Source: a virus. Taken from it: a stretch of 64,000 nucleotides of DNA. Below, piece after piece: positions 36,914 through 46,062 of the stretch (position 1 is the stretch's first letter; every line of letters begins with the position of its first letter). The notes under the pieces are model-generated. The model was not told where the DNA came from. It saw nothing but the letters and a program-made list of their open reading frames with translations, and searched no databases. The translations under genes and the position numbers were made by a program. Location of the stretch: the IMG/VR virus record IMGVR_UViG_3300017971_000201, positions 95,665-159,664 of that record; one strand, given 5' to 3'.

Positions 36914-37222
36914 CTACAAGGCAGCCCTGGAGGAGTCCCGTGCTAGTAGGCCCAGGCGTCTCGCTGGTGCTTGAAGCGGGCAGGCCCAGGCGTCTCGCTG
37001 GTGCTTGAAGCGGGCCGGGCCACCCAGGAGGGTCACAGCATCGAGCGGCAGTGGAACCGAGACGTAGAGCCCTTCCAGGTCCCGGAACACCCGGCGGCGG
37101 GCGCTCTCGAGCCACGCGAAGCCGCACTGGTGGCAGTAGGATCCATGGTGCTCCTCGACGTGGTTCTGCCAGCAGGCGACCGCCTGCCGGAGCGTGACCC
37201 GGACTCGGATCGGTGGGTTCAC
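36914..37222 (-). CDS. hypothetical protein with tag
   Basis: DAVTLLGG; GTG 6 nt after TAGAAC. Confidence 0.55.
   Translation of the reverse strand: MNPPIRVRVTLRQAVACWQNHVEEHHGSYCHQCGFAWLESARRRVFRDLEGLYVSVPLPLDAVTLLGGPARFKHQRDAWACPLQAPARRLGLLARDSSRAAL
36948..37015. repeat. perfect 34-bp tandem duplication
   Basis: AGGCCCAGGCGTCTCGCTGGTGCTTGAAGCGGGC at 36948 and 36982. Confidence 0.9.
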
Positions 37223-37228
37223 AGCCAC

Positions 37229-37255
37229 GTTCTACCCGGCGGTCCGGGGTAGAAC
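37229..37255. promoter_or_regulatory. back-to-back divergent GGGTAGAAC promoters
   Basis: GTTCTACCC...GGGTAGAAC, each 6 nt from a start codon (37222 minus, 37262 plus). Confidence 0.75.
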
Positions 37256-37261
37256 GATGGC

Positions 37262-37597
37262 ATGATGAAGCTGGTGATGACCTGCGGATGGTGCGGGAAG
37301 CGCGAGGAGCGCATGGTCATCCCCCAGGCGAGGATTGAGCTGCCGGACGGATGGGTGACTCGACCCACCTCACCGGTAGCCGGGTTCCTTCTGGCCGGCC
37401 TGGAGGACGAGCGCGTCTTCTGCTCTCAAGAGTGCCGTCTCAATCGAATCGACACCGAGAAGGACATCGCGAAGAAGGCCCAGAGGGAGGGCGAGCGAGT
37501 CGCGCGGGAACTCTTCCAGAGGGAGCTGCGGGCCGAGCTTCATCGCGCGCGAGGAGCGGTCATCGCGCTGGCGGAGATAGTCGAAGACGAACCGTGA
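37262..37597 (+). CDS. Zn-binding hypothetical protein with tag
   Basis: CGWC...FCSQEC; GAVIALAEIV. Confidence 0.65.
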   Translation: MMKLVMTCGWCGKREERMVIPQARIELPDGWVTRPTSPVAGFLLAGLEDERVFCSQECRLNRIDTEKDIAKKAQREGERVARELFQRELRAELHRARGAVIALAEIVEDEP

Positions 37598-38106
37598 GCC
37601 GCACGATCGAGGACATCTTCGACCTGCTCGAGCGACACGACGGCAAGAACATCAGCGCTCACGCCATGGGCGGCTTCCTCCTTCGCCACTTCGCCGAGAT
37701 CCTCTCCAACGTGGGCGATCGGAAGCGGCACGCCGGTCGCGAGCCCTACAACCTGGCCTGCGAGTGGCACGCCATCGCCAGACCGCTCTACACCGACGTT
37801 GCCGACTTCAACATCAGCGCCGAAGCACCTGACGCCCTCATCGAAGCGCACGCGGACGGTGTAGACCTATCCGAGTGGATCAGGTGTCGCTGCAAGGAGC
37901 AGCCCGAGGGAATGCTGGCCGCGAAGATCAACGTCCACGCCACCGTGCTGATGCTGTGCTCGCTCAACCAGGAGGGCCGGCGCCCCGATGACCCGGCCGA
38001 CCTGAGCAGCGACGACGCCGTCCGAGTGATCAAGTTCATCCACGAGATGATCTGCGCGCAGATCCCAGCCGTGGACCTGCTGGGAGCGCTGGCCGATGGC
38101 GAGTGA
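37594..38106 (+). CDS. hypothetical protein with tag
   Basis: PAVDLLGALA. Confidence 0.65.
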   Translation: MSRTIEDIFDLLERHDGKNISAHAMGGFLLRHFAEILSNVGDRKRHAGREPYNLACEWHAIARPLYTDVADFNISAEAPDALIEAHADGVDLSEWIRCRCKEQPEGMLAAKINVHATVLMLCSLNQEGRRPDDPADLSSDDAVRVIKFIHEMICAQIPAVDLLGALADGE

Positions 38107-38353
38107 CGGCGAGCTGTGGGAGTGCGCGCTGGTGGTCGAGACCATCTCCAAGAATCGGACGCCGGGCGTCGTCCTGTCGGCTGACGAATCTGTGATCCGA
38201 TCCGTCCTCCGGTCCAGGCCGCCGTGCCCATGCGGGAACTGCGCCGAGCTGTGGATCTTCTCCCCCGATGGACATTCGTTCGACGGCAGACTCGTCTGGC
38301 CCTGCCAGGTCGAGCTGAGAAACGCCGTCGATCAGCTGGGCAAGCTCGCATGA
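38096..38353 (+). CDS. hypothetical protein with tag
   Basis: NAVDQLGKLA at the C-terminus. Confidence 0.6.
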   Translation: MASDGELWECALVVETISKNRTPGVVLSADESVIRSVLRSRPPCPCGNCAELWIFSPDGHSFDGRLVWPCQVELRNAVDQLGKLA

Positions 38354-38715
38354 TCGACCCCGACTACCACACGCCCGAGAACGCCGAGGTTCGGCTGAAC
38401 AAGCTGCTCGAGAACTATCTCCGCCGCGAGCCTTACCGGCCGGTCGTTCTGCACGCGCTGCGGGAGACGTTCAAGGAGAGGTTCCCGAACCTGGCCGAGA
38501 ACTACGACATCCGTATCAAGTGGTACTGGCAGCCCGGCGATGCCGAGGAGCCATCCATCGGCAAGGTGACAGTCTTCGAGCTGTCAGCCGTGGATCGACT
38601 CGCGCGAGTGGCTAACCCGCGAGACGAGGTCCGCGACTGCGTCGAGGCTTGCCCTTCCGGGCCTCGAGCCCGAAGAACATCCGGGGGTGGTGGTTCCAGC
38701 CGCCGATCGCCTTGA
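38350..38715 (+). CDS. hypothetical protein with tag
   Basis: SAVDRLARVA. Confidence 0.6.
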   Translation: MIDPDYHTPENAEVRLNKLLENYLRREPYRPVVLHALRETFKERFPNLAENYDIRIKWYWQPGDAEEPSIGKVTVFELSAVDRLARVANPRDEVRDCVEACPSGPRARRTSGGGGSSRRSP

Positions 38716-39103
38716 ACACGGCCCGGCCCGACATCCCGCAGCCCTCCCACCACTCGATCGTGCCCTTCGGTCCGGTCATCTCGGCGATGTAGCCGGCCTC
38801 GTTGTCGGCTCGCCGTACCCGGCACATGTAGTGGCCGCCGTGCTTGGTCGCGGCCCCGTTACGCTCCTCGGAGACGTAGGCCCGCGTCGTGATCCCGATG
38901 ACCGACGTCCACTCGCGCGGCGGCGGCGGCAGCGCGAGCACCTCCTTGCGCCGCTTCTTCAGCGACGAGCACAGGCCGCTGACGCCGAGCCCGTGCCCCG
39001 TCTTCGCCGCGTCCTCCAGGAGTTGTGCGGTCGCCCGCTGCTTCCCCTTGAACCTCGCGAGCGCTTGCCGGTAGAGATTGCCGTAGAACGTCTTGCCGGA
39101 CAT
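38612..39103 (-). CDS. hypothetical protein
   Basis: GGTAGAAC and AGGAGG upstream. Confidence 0.6.
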   Translation of the reverse strand: MSGKTFYGNLYRQALARFKGKQRATAQLLEDAAKTGHGLGVSGLCSSLKKRRKEVLALPPPPREWTSVIGITTRAYVSEERNGAATKHGGHYMCRVRRADNEAGYIAEMTGPKGTIEWWEGCGMSGRAVFKAIGGWNHHPRMFFGLEARKGKPRRSRGPRLAG

Positions 39104-39127
39104 CAGAACCTCCTCATCCAAGAGGTT

Positions 39128-39448
39128 CTACCCAGGTTCGTCGCCGTCCAGCGCGCCCAATCGGGTAACCGCATCCACGCCCATCAGCTCGTCGAGCTGC
39201 CGGAGCCGGATCTTGACCGCCCGCCGCGTGCTGGGATGCAGGTGCTTGCGGGACAGACCGGCTCGCAGACCATCTCGGACAGCTTCGAGAAAGAACCGAT
39301 CGGCCACCGTCGCCCGGCCCCTGTGCATGACGTAGCTGCCCACGATCCGTGTCCTGTTGCCGCCCACGTGCCAGCAGTGGTCAGTGTTCGCCCCTGGCCA
39401 GCGTGGTCTGAACGCCATGGTCAGCGCTGACTGGATCATCCGCACCAT
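39128..39448 (-). CDS. hypothetical protein with tag (start uncertain)
   Basis: DAVTRLGAL. Confidence 0.45.
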   Translation of the reverse strand: MVRMIQSALTMAFRPRWPGANTDHCWHVGGNRTRIVGSYVMHRGRATVADRFFLEAVRDGLRAGLSRKHLHPSTRRAVKIRLRQLDELMGVDAVTRLGALDGDEPG

Positions 39449-39646
39449 CCTGGACGTGAACTCGATCGTGATCGCCCGCTTCCACGAAGGCGAACTCGTG
39501 CGCTGGCGTCACGGATCAGAGCGCGGAACGCTCTGCATGGTCGAGCGCGTGTTCATGGGGCAAATACTCGCCCGGCCCGTGAACGACCTAGACGTGATCT
39601 GGGTCGCCGGGCCGGACGATCTGCGCCACGAGTGGGAGCCCGAGGA

Positions 39647-40669
39647 CTAGAGGAGCTTGTAGGAGATGCCGATGTCGTCGAGGTTCCACTCCGCCGTGTA
39701 GGCTCCTGCCATCGTGGCAGCGCGCAGTCTGAAATCCGCGTAGCTCGGCGCGAACAGCCTGGAGTTGGCGGCGAACACCACCGTTGCCTTCACCCCATCG
39801 ACGGCCAACTCGGCCTCGACGGTCGGAATCGTCGTCCCAACCTGGCGCCCGTAGAACGATGCGGTATGCCACGCACCATCCACGGGTAGCGCCAGACCAG
39901 CGGGGAGGCCGCCGGGAAGAATCGGGGCGATCTCGTGCAGGGGCATCGTGGCGGGCGGCGTCACCGTGTCGACCGTCTCCAGCCACCGAATCACCAGGTC
40001 TTGGCCCGACATGAGCCCGTTGCAGAGCAGCCTGATCTCGACGGGAGTCCCGGTTGTCCCGACCCCCAGCAGGTTGGAGGGGAGCATGAACCTGAAGCGG
40101 GCGTAAAACTCGGAAGCCTCCGACTCTGTTCCACCGCCGCCGCCAGGGAGCCCCTGTTGGTTGACGACGTAGCCGAAAGCGTAACCGGAGGAAGAACCGC
40201 CGGGCACCGCGAGCTTCTGCTCCAGCGAGTTCGGCGAAGAGACGCCGTTCGCCTCGACCGTCAAGGAGGCAGCACCAGCAGACCCGTAAGCCGAAACGAT
40301 GGAGTTCAGGTTCGTGTTGTAGGTGTGACGGTTCGGCTCCGCCGGGGTGACATCCGGCAACAGCCCGGCCGCGAATGCATCGAACGCTTGACTGTAGACC
40401 AGTACGGGCTCGGTCTGCACGGTCGCGACACCGTTGTTGCGGGCGATGGCCTCTTCGGCCGCGCGCTTGTCGCTGGCCGGCACGTCCTTGAAGTCGATGA
40501 TCACCGAGAGCAGCTTCCCGTTGGCGTCCCTGACGTGCTCGACGGTGGTCTTCTCCTTGTCTGCGCCGGTGAGCGCGGACGTCATCACATCTGTGATCTC
40601 CGCAGCCGTCTGGTCGGCGAGGAGACAGCACTCGGGATCCGTTGTCAGGTCGACCTTGGTAGCTGCCAT
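39647..40669 (-). CDS. hypothetical beta-rich protein, possibly structural or carbohydrate-binding
   Basis: 340 aa, GGAGG RBS, DGAWHTASF...WNLDDIGI. Confidence 0.6.
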   Translation of the reverse strand: MAATKVDLTTDPECCLLADQTAAEITDVMTSALTGADKEKTTVEHVRDANGKLLSVIIDFKDVPASDKRAAEEAIARNNGVATVQTEPVLVYSQAFDAFAAGLLPDVTPAEPNRHTYNTNLNSIVSAYGSAGAASLTVEANGVSSPNSLEQKLAVPGGSSSGYAFGYVVNQQGLPGGGGGTESEASEFYARFRFMLPSNLLGVGTTGTPVEIRLLCNGLMSGQDLVIRWLETVDTVTPPATMPLHEIAPILPGGLPAGLALPVDGAWHTASFYGRQVGTTIPTVEAELAVDGVKATVVFAANSRLFAPSYADFRLRAATMAGAYTAEWNLDDIGISYKLL

Positions 40670-40736
40670 TGGTCCATTCCTCCCTGTAGTTGAGCCCCAT
40701 CATCCTACGAAGGGGAGCCCATCCGCGCCAGCGGAG

Positions 40737-40979
40737 TTAGCCGAGATCGGCGGCCAGTTCTCCGAGCCGCTCGACGACGCTGATTGGCCCTATGCGCGGG
40801 CCGGCATTGAGCTTGTGCATCCGCTGCGACCGCTCAGATGAGTCCTGGCTCACGAGCACGCACGGCCGGCCACCCTCCCAGCCGATCGACCGCACGGTCC
40901 CCCTCACCGGACCCTCCTCATCGGCCAGGCGCAGCCACACGTGGTCGCCGATGTCGTATGGGTGACGGTTCCAGATCAC
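40737..40979 (-). CDS. SH3-like small protein with tag
   Basis: YDIGDHVWL...SVVERLGELA. Confidence 0.6.
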   Translation of the reverse strand: MIWNRHPYDIGDHVWLRLADEEGPVRGTVRSIGWEGGRPCVLVSQDSSERSQRMHKLNAGPRIGPISVVERLGELAADLG

Positions 40980-41230
40980 CGAGTCAGGTCCCCCAACCGC
41001 TCCACGGCCGGCACCGGGAGCACGTGTTGCGAGGGGATTTCCTTGAGCAGTCCTCGTAACCGACCGCCATTGTCCGTGAAGAGCACGTCGTAGCACACGC
41101 GCCCGGTCTTGTGATTCACCCGAACGTGGCAGACACGGCCGCGCGCTCGGAGGCCGACATTCGGCACGTAGTGGATGACATCGTCGCCGACCTCGAACTC
41201 GACCTCGAACCCGGGCTCCTCGTCGCTCAC
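40976..41230 (-). CDS. SH3-like small protein with tag
   Basis: FEVGDDVIHY...PAVERLGDL. Confidence 0.65.
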   Translation of the reverse strand: MSDEEPGFEVEFEVGDDVIHYVPNVGLRARGRVCHVRVNHKTGRVCYDVLFTDNGGRLRGLLKEIPSQHVLPVPAVERLGDLTR

Positions 41231-41781
41231 AGCAGGATCCAGTCGCTCGGGAAGCCGTAGTCCTCGGGGCGCGGGCGCGGCTCTTTTTCTGATGGCGCCC
41301 TTTTCTGCGCATCTGAGCGCCCCTCGGCTGCCTTATCCGGCGGGAGATAGAGCACTTCCCGCTTGGAGAACTCCCGGAACGCCGCGAACGGGTCGTCAGC
41401 GCTGACCTCGGGCTTGCGTTCCTCCTCGAGCATCAGCTCGCGCTCGCGCCGGATTGTGCCCCAGCCTTCCTCGATGATCCCCCGAAACAGACGCTCGAAG
41501 AGCGGCTGCTCTTCGGCCATCACGTGGGCCTTGATCACCTTCATGGCCTCGGTCAGCTGGGGAACGAAGCCGGAGCGCTTCAGCTCGCGGTAGCGCTTCC
41601 GGTCTGCCCGGCCGCCAAGAGGGGTCTCGCCGGCGATCTCGTCGATGATCCCGAGGCCGCGCAGCTCGTCGATCGCCCCCATCACCCACAGCGCGGTCTG
41701 GGGGTCGTAGGGCGCCGGGCTGCGGCCGAAGTCTCCGTAGCCGTCGTCGTAGCCGTGGCCGGGATAGAACTCAGGAGCCAT
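41227..41781 (-). CDS. hypothetical protein
   Basis: AGGAG RBS, coupled. Confidence 0.6.
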   Translation of the reverse strand: MAPEFYPGHGYDDGYGDFGRSPAPYDPQTALWVMGAIDELRGLGIIDEIAGETPLGGRADRKRYRELKRSGFVPQLTEAMKVIKAHVMAEEQPLFERLFRGIIEEGWGTIRRERELMLEEERKPEVSADDPFAAFREFSKREVLYLPPDKAAEGRSDAQKRAPSEKEPRPRPEDYGFPSDWILL

Positions 41782-42190
41782 CTCTGCTCTCCTCTTCCTC
41801 AACACGCGAGGCCACCGTCCCGAGCAGGTCTACCGCACTGATGTGCTCCTTGCAGTACTGATACTCGTTCAGGATCGCGGTTCGTCTGCACAGCCCTTCC
41901 CAGGTCTCCCCATCCGCGTAGTTGTTGATCGCCCTGTTGAGCACCATCGCGAACCCGTCCGTGTGCTTGACCGTGACGCGGACCGTCCCTTGTGTCTTGT
42001 TCTCAGCAACCTCGGCAAACTCGCACGCGATCTCCTCGAAGGCCGCGCTCTCAGGATCCTCGTCACAGAGATCACCGGCGGCCCAGTTGATCGCCTCGAT
42101 CATCTTCGCGGTGAACGTCAGCTTCCACTCGCCGCTCACGATCAGACCGGCGTCGATCCACGGCTTGTCGAACCCCTCGGTCTCGCTCAC
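41771..42190 (-). CDS. hypothetical protein with tag
   Basis: SAVDLLG. Confidence 0.6.
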   Translation of the reverse strand: MSETEGFDKPWIDAGLIVSGEWKLTFTAKMIEAINWAAGDLCDEDPESAAFEEIACEFAEVAENKTQGTVRVTVKHTDGFAMVLNRAINNYADGETWEGLCRRTAILNEYQYCKEHISAVDLLGTVASRVEEEESRDGS

Positions 42191-42441
42191 AGTGCCCCCA
42201 CGTCGATCTTGAAGCTGAACCGGACCGGCGCGAGCGTTAGCCTATTGACGATCTCGCGGTTCTTCCGCATCCGCTCGACGTGCTCATCCCACTCCCGAAC
42301 GCGGTGGGCCGCGCGCTTGTCAGCAACAGCCGCCAGGCGGTCGATCGCGGAAGGCTCGGTCGGCGCGCGGCGGAAGATGGCCTTGCTGAGGATCGACTCG
42401 CCGTACTGGTCCATCTCCGCGTAGTCGTCGTAGCGGTTCAT
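42187..42441 (-). CDS. portal N-terminal-like peptide fused to tag
   Basis: MNRYDDYAEMDQY vs portal MDRFADYEAMEEY; EPSAIDRLAAVA. Confidence 0.6.
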   Translation of the reverse strand: MNRYDDYAEMDQYGESILSKAIFRRAPTEPSAIDRLAAVADKRAAHRVREWDEHVERMRKNREIVNRLTLAPVRFSFKIDVGAL

Positions 42442-42566
42442 TCGACGCACCGTCCCAGCGCATCGACGGCCGAGGCCAGATCCATCTCGTCCAGCGGCAC
42501 CTCGATACCGTCCTGCGCCGGGCTGTTGCTGTAGGCGTAGTGGCGGAGGACGACGAAGACGGTCAC
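42438..42566 (-). CDS. 42-aa peptide with tag (not in ORF track)
   Basis: MTVFVVLRHYAYSNSPAQDGIEVPLDEMDLASAVDALGRCVE; overlaps both neighbours by 4 nt. Confidence 0.55.
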   Translation of the reverse strand: MTVFVVLRHYAYSNSPAQDGIEVPLDEMDLASAVDALGRCVE

Positions 42567-42793
42567 ACCAGCCCCGCCAGACGGTCGACGGCGCTCATGG
42601 TCTTACGGTACGCCTGCACCAGGTGAATAGCGGTGAGCTGACGCCGGTAGACGTCAACCGCGCTCGGGATGCCGAAGTTCTCTGCATGGTATAGCGAGCT
42701 GAACACGATCTCTTCTTCGTTGGCCAGCGCCCCATCACTCATGTGGCCGAGCCACGGCCAGCGGTCGATGAGGGCTTGGATCGACTGGCTCAC
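42563..42793 (-). CDS. hypothetical protein with tag
   Basis: Ends SAVDRLAGLV. Confidence 0.55.
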   Translation of the reverse strand: MSQSIQALIDRWPWLGHMSDGALANEEEIVFSSLYHAENFGIPSAVDVYRRQLTAIHLVQAYRKTMSAVDRLAGLV

Positions 42794-42807
42794 GTGTCGT
42801 GCCGGGC

Positions 42808-43386
42808 TCACGTGTCGTGCCTGCCCTCCCGCCAGGCCAGGATGCCGGCGTTGGCGAACTCTCGCCCGAGAGATTCGCCGCCGTAGGCCGCCGTGAAGGC
42901 CGAGAAGATCTGCTCGCGGATACCGGCTAGCGCAGCCTCGTGCTCGTCCATCTCCTCGGGCGACCACACGGACTCGAGACCAGACTGCTTGCCCCGCTGG
43001 TAGCCGCGCACGCCGAGCGTGTCGAAGATCCAGGTCGCGATGGCGCAGTGGACGCTCTCGTCGGTCGTGAAGCTGTGCGGATCGCCGGTGGAATACTCGC
43101 CTGGTCCCCAGCGATCATAGTCGAGGTGGCGCAGCCCTTCGACTCGCTGCGCCGCTCCGAGGAGCGACAGGGCGATCCGGTCGCGCACCATGTCGACCTG
43201 CCGCTCCATGTCGTGGAGCCAATCGGGATGGCCGGACGCGTCGGCGATGTCCCAGATCGCGCGCGCGGCCTCGTGGAGCTTCTTGTCGGCTCTGTACGCG
43301 AGCTGCTCCGCCTTCGTCCGCCGAGCCTCAGCCTTGGCCTTCTCGAGCGCGCCCTCGGCCGCCTTCACCTTCTCGTCGGGGGTCAC
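42808..43386 (-). CDS. hypothetical protein
   Basis: GGTAGAAC and GGAGG upstream. Confidence 0.6.
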   Translation of the reverse strand: MTPDEKVKAAEGALEKAKAEARRTKAEQLAYRADKKLHEAARAIWDIADASGHPDWLHDMERQVDMVRDRIALSLLGAAQRVEGLRHLDYDRWGPGEYSTGDPHSFTTDESVHCAIATWIFDTLGVRGYQRGKQSGLESVWSPEEMDEHEAALAGIREQIFSAFTAAYGGESLGREFANAGILAWREGRHDT

Positions 43387-43408
43387 GTCGGTCCTCCATA
43401 CCGACGTT

Positions 43409-43783
43409 CTACCCGGGTCTGATCTTCTCGATCGACTCCAGGGAGCGGCGGCACATCTCATCGTCGAACATCGCGATGTGACAATCACTTAGATCGATCT
43501 CGAGGGCCGCCGCGAGCTTCAGATACCAGCGGAGCCGAGCCCCTCGCGGCTCGGGATCCCGCTTCCAGAGCGGATCGAAGGCTTCATGCACCTTCATCCT
43601 GAGCGCCCGCAGCGGAGCGTCGGCGAGTGTCCCGAGCGGCGTCTGGCCATCGTGCTTGTGGGTTCCCACGCGCGCGCCACACGGCCGGCAGAGCCAGATG
43701 TTGCCGTAGGAGACGCCGCCGTAGACCTCGGCCGAGTCAGTCAGCTGGGCGGGCTGGCCGCAGTATGGGCAGATGACGTTCAC
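43409..43783 (-). CDS. zinc-finger protein (DUF3268-like)
   Basis: CPYCG...CRPCGARVGTH...PLGTLADAPLR...HEAFDPLW...CHIAMFD. Confidence 0.8.
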   Translation of the reverse strand: MNVICPYCGQPAQLTDSAEVYGGVSYGNIWLCRPCGARVGTHKHDGQTPLGTLADAPLRALRMKVHEAFDPLWKRDPEPRGARLRWYLKLAAALEIDLSDCHIAMFDDEMCRRSLESIEKIRPG

Positions 43784-43793
43784 GAACCAGGTT

Positions 43794-44111
43794 CTACCCG
43801 CAGTCGAACCTCGGATCCTCGACCGGGAGCGTTTGGCCGGCCAGCTCGTGCGTACAGTCGCCGAGGAACTGGACCATCCCCTCTCGCAGGAACAGGTGGC
43901 AGCGGTGGACGCCGCGCTCAGGCTCAGCGTGGTCTCGGTTGCACAGCAGGGACGGTGAGAACGTCGGCTTGTCGATGTTGCCGTTGAACGTCCAGACCGG
44001 GCCGGACTCATTCGTACCGAGCTTGGTGGTGAATCGATGATGGATCTCGCAGCCGGGACAGAAAAACCACCACGATTCACCGCCAGCCTGGGTCATTGTT
44101 CTCTGAATCAT
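43794..44111 (-). CDS. DUF6527-like Zn-binding protein
   Basis: FCPGCEIHH...WTFNGNIDKPTFSPSLL...RCHLFLREG..FLGDCTH. Confidence 0.8.
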   Translation of the reverse strand: MIQRTMTQAGGESWWFFCPGCEIHHRFTTKLGTNESGPVWTFNGNIDKPTFSPSLLCNRDHAEPERGVHRCHLFLREGMVQFLGDCTHELAGQTLPVEDPRFDCG

Positions 44112-44632
44112 GTGGGGATAACTTCCATGTTCTTCTGCCCGGACGCGGCCACCTCGCACGGCCAACGGCCCTCTTCCACCAACGCTCTCCTGTGCGCGAG
44201 AATCATGGCCGGCGCGTTCTTGCCGAGGCGCCTGTTGAGAGCAATTAGGGACGGGTAAACACCATCCGCAACCAGCGTGTGTGCTGCATCCAGAATGCGC
44301 TCACGCATCGCCGCCGATACGGTCAGCTTCGGCTGAATCTGGGATGACGAGGTGTGAGGGCAGTAGCCAAACGCGCCGATGGAGCAATTACAGTTCGCGC
44401 ACAGAACACGAAAGCCCGGCGGAAATCCGTGTTTCTTCACCCACAGATAAGTTCGCTTGCCGGCTCCGCCAGTTACTCTGCGGTGCGAGGCCCCATCACC
44501 GTCAACGTGATCCAGGCACAGAAACTCCAGGTGGTCCTCGCCGCAGCACGCGCATCGCGGCGTGGCGTCGTCGCTGTAGCGGGATAACACCTCGAATCGT
44601 AGGCGGTGGTTGTAGCGGCTCGCGCTGGTCAT
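44108..44632 (-). CDS. HNH endonuclease
   Basis: CACCGE...LCLDHVDGDG...FRVLCANCN; more AT-rich codon usage. Confidence 0.85.
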   Translation of the reverse strand: MTSASRYNHRLRFEVLSRYSDDATPRCACCGEDHLEFLCLDHVDGDGASHRRVTGGAGKRTYLWVKKHGFPPGFRVLCANCNCSIGAFGYCPHTSSSQIQPKLTVSAAMRERILDAAHTLVADGVYPSLIALNRRLGKNAPAMILAHRRALVEEGRWPCEVAASGQKNMEVIPT

Positions 44633-44649
44633 ACAGCCTCCGATACCGC

Positions 44650-44739
44650 TTATAGCACCAGCGCGACAAGATCGATAGGCTTTAGCGACCAGAACCAGTA
44701 TCCCTCGCCGCCCGCCTTGGTCGTCACTCGTTGGATCAT
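44650..44739 (-). pseudogene. 29-aa remnant of the DUF6527-like gene 5-prime end
   Basis: MIQRVTTKAGGEGYWFW resembles MIQRTMTQAGGESWWFF at 44111. Confidence 0.55.
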
Positions 44740-44763
44740 GGCCTCGATTCTACACGAGCCATC

Positions 44764-45396
44764 TCACCCGCCGATCCACTTCGCGATTGCGCTGATGAGT
44801 CCGAGCAAGACCGCGACAACGAGCGTGAGCACGAGGCGGCGCTGCTTGCTGCGTCGGTTCGCCTCGGTGTGCCGCTTCACATCCTCGAAGAAGTCCGCGA
44901 TTCGCTCGTCAGCGCTGGCCGCTCTCTGCTTCGGCGGACCGTCCTGCCAGATGTCGTCTACGTCCCGGTGGCAGTAGACGCACCGTTGATCCTTGCCGAA
45001 CTTGTGCCGGCAGGCCGGCTCCTCCTTCGGCCCCTTCTCGGCTCGCCGATACGCCAGCCAGTCCTTGAGTCTTCCGCGCACGCTCGGCGGCGGCTCCGCG
45101 AGAGGGTCCCGCTCGTCGCAGCCTGGGGTCGGACAGGAACCGGCCCCCAGGAGGCACTGGGCGTGCGTCAGCGCGCCGCAGCCCCGGCAGATGACCAATC
45201 CGTCAGGCCCATCGTGGCAGAGCACACAGCGCTCGTCCTTGCGCCGGCCGCTCGGCCGGAGCTTGAACAGCGGCGGCTCGGGCGGCTTCGTGTGATAGGA
45301 GCGCGGACGAGGGGGCGGCGAAACCGGCCTGATCGGCCTGGCCGGCCCCGTAGGCGGCTTCTCACCCGGCGGGATGTCTCGACCCCACCGCCCCAC
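44764..45396 (-). CDS. Cys/His-rich (RING/PHD-like) membrane-anchored protein
   Basis: CVLCHD..CRGC..HAQC..CPTPGC; C-terminal hydrophobic helix. Confidence 0.6.
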   Translation of the reverse strand: MGRWGRDIPPGEKPPTGPARPIRPVSPPPRPRSYHTKPPEPPLFKLRPSGRRKDERCVLCHDGPDGLVICRGCGALTHAQCLLGAGSCPTPGCDERDPLAEPPPSVRGRLKDWLAYRRAEKGPKEEPACRHKFGKDQRCVYCHRDVDDIWQDGPPKQRAASADERIADFFEDVKRHTEANRRSKQRRLVLTLVVAVLLGLISAIAKWIGG

Positions 45397-45416
45397 GCTA
45401 GTCCTCCCTCATGGGC

Positions 45417-45725
45417 TCAGCCATCGGAGATCCTCGTAGCGCGTCGCCTTGCCAGAAGCACCAGGATGCTGGCCCGCGCAGAGGAGAAGCCCACGAGTGG
45501 AACTTGGCGATGCGGGCTGAACTCGCCGGCATCTGTCTCGCGCACCCTGCTCGGAATCAGTCGATCAGAGCTGGTATAGATCCGGTTGTCCTTCATGTAC
45601 TCGAAGGCGAGCCTTCTGGCGGCAGCCCTGGCCGATCCGTCCGACAGCCATACACCGTGGTAGACGTTGGTGTGATTGCGTCGCCGCCGGTACTCGTTGG
45701 ACAGCACCACGAACACGGTCTTCAC
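45417..45725 (-). CDS. hypothetical protein
   Basis: GTG overlapping upstream stop. Confidence 0.5.
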   Translation of the reverse strand: MKTVFVVLSNEYRRRRNHTNVYHGVWLSDGSARAAARRLAFEYMKDNRIYTSSDRLIPSRVRETDAGEFSPHRQVPLVGFSSARASILVLLARRRATRISDG

Positions 45726-46014
45726 GGGTCGGGCTCCGAATCGGCGATCTCGGCCAGAATGTCGCCGTGACACGCCTTCGGCTTGCAGTGGCAGCCGAGG
45801 ATCTTGCCGCGCAGCTCCCGCCGGGCCGCCTCAACCATCTCTGGGCGCGCGAGGACCCACTCGCGGTAGCGGTCGAGCGCCTCCTCGCGCGTGGCGACCC
45901 TGTACTCGGCCAGCGTTCCCGGCCGGTGGCTGAACGGGTTCCCCGCTTCGACGGCCGGCCGATGTAGACGTGGTTCCTCGATCCACGGTGGATGTTGACG
46001 ACCCTGGTCTTCAT
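45722..46014 (-). pseudogene. DUF4326-like protein with a single-base frameshift
   Basis: VYIGRPSK then, shifted by one base at about 45941-45945, GNPF...LRGKILGCHCKPKACHGDIL. Confidence 0.75.
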
Positions 46015-46062
46015 GCCCCCGTTCTACCCGGGGTAGGTAGATTGACCACGCTGATGAATAGA

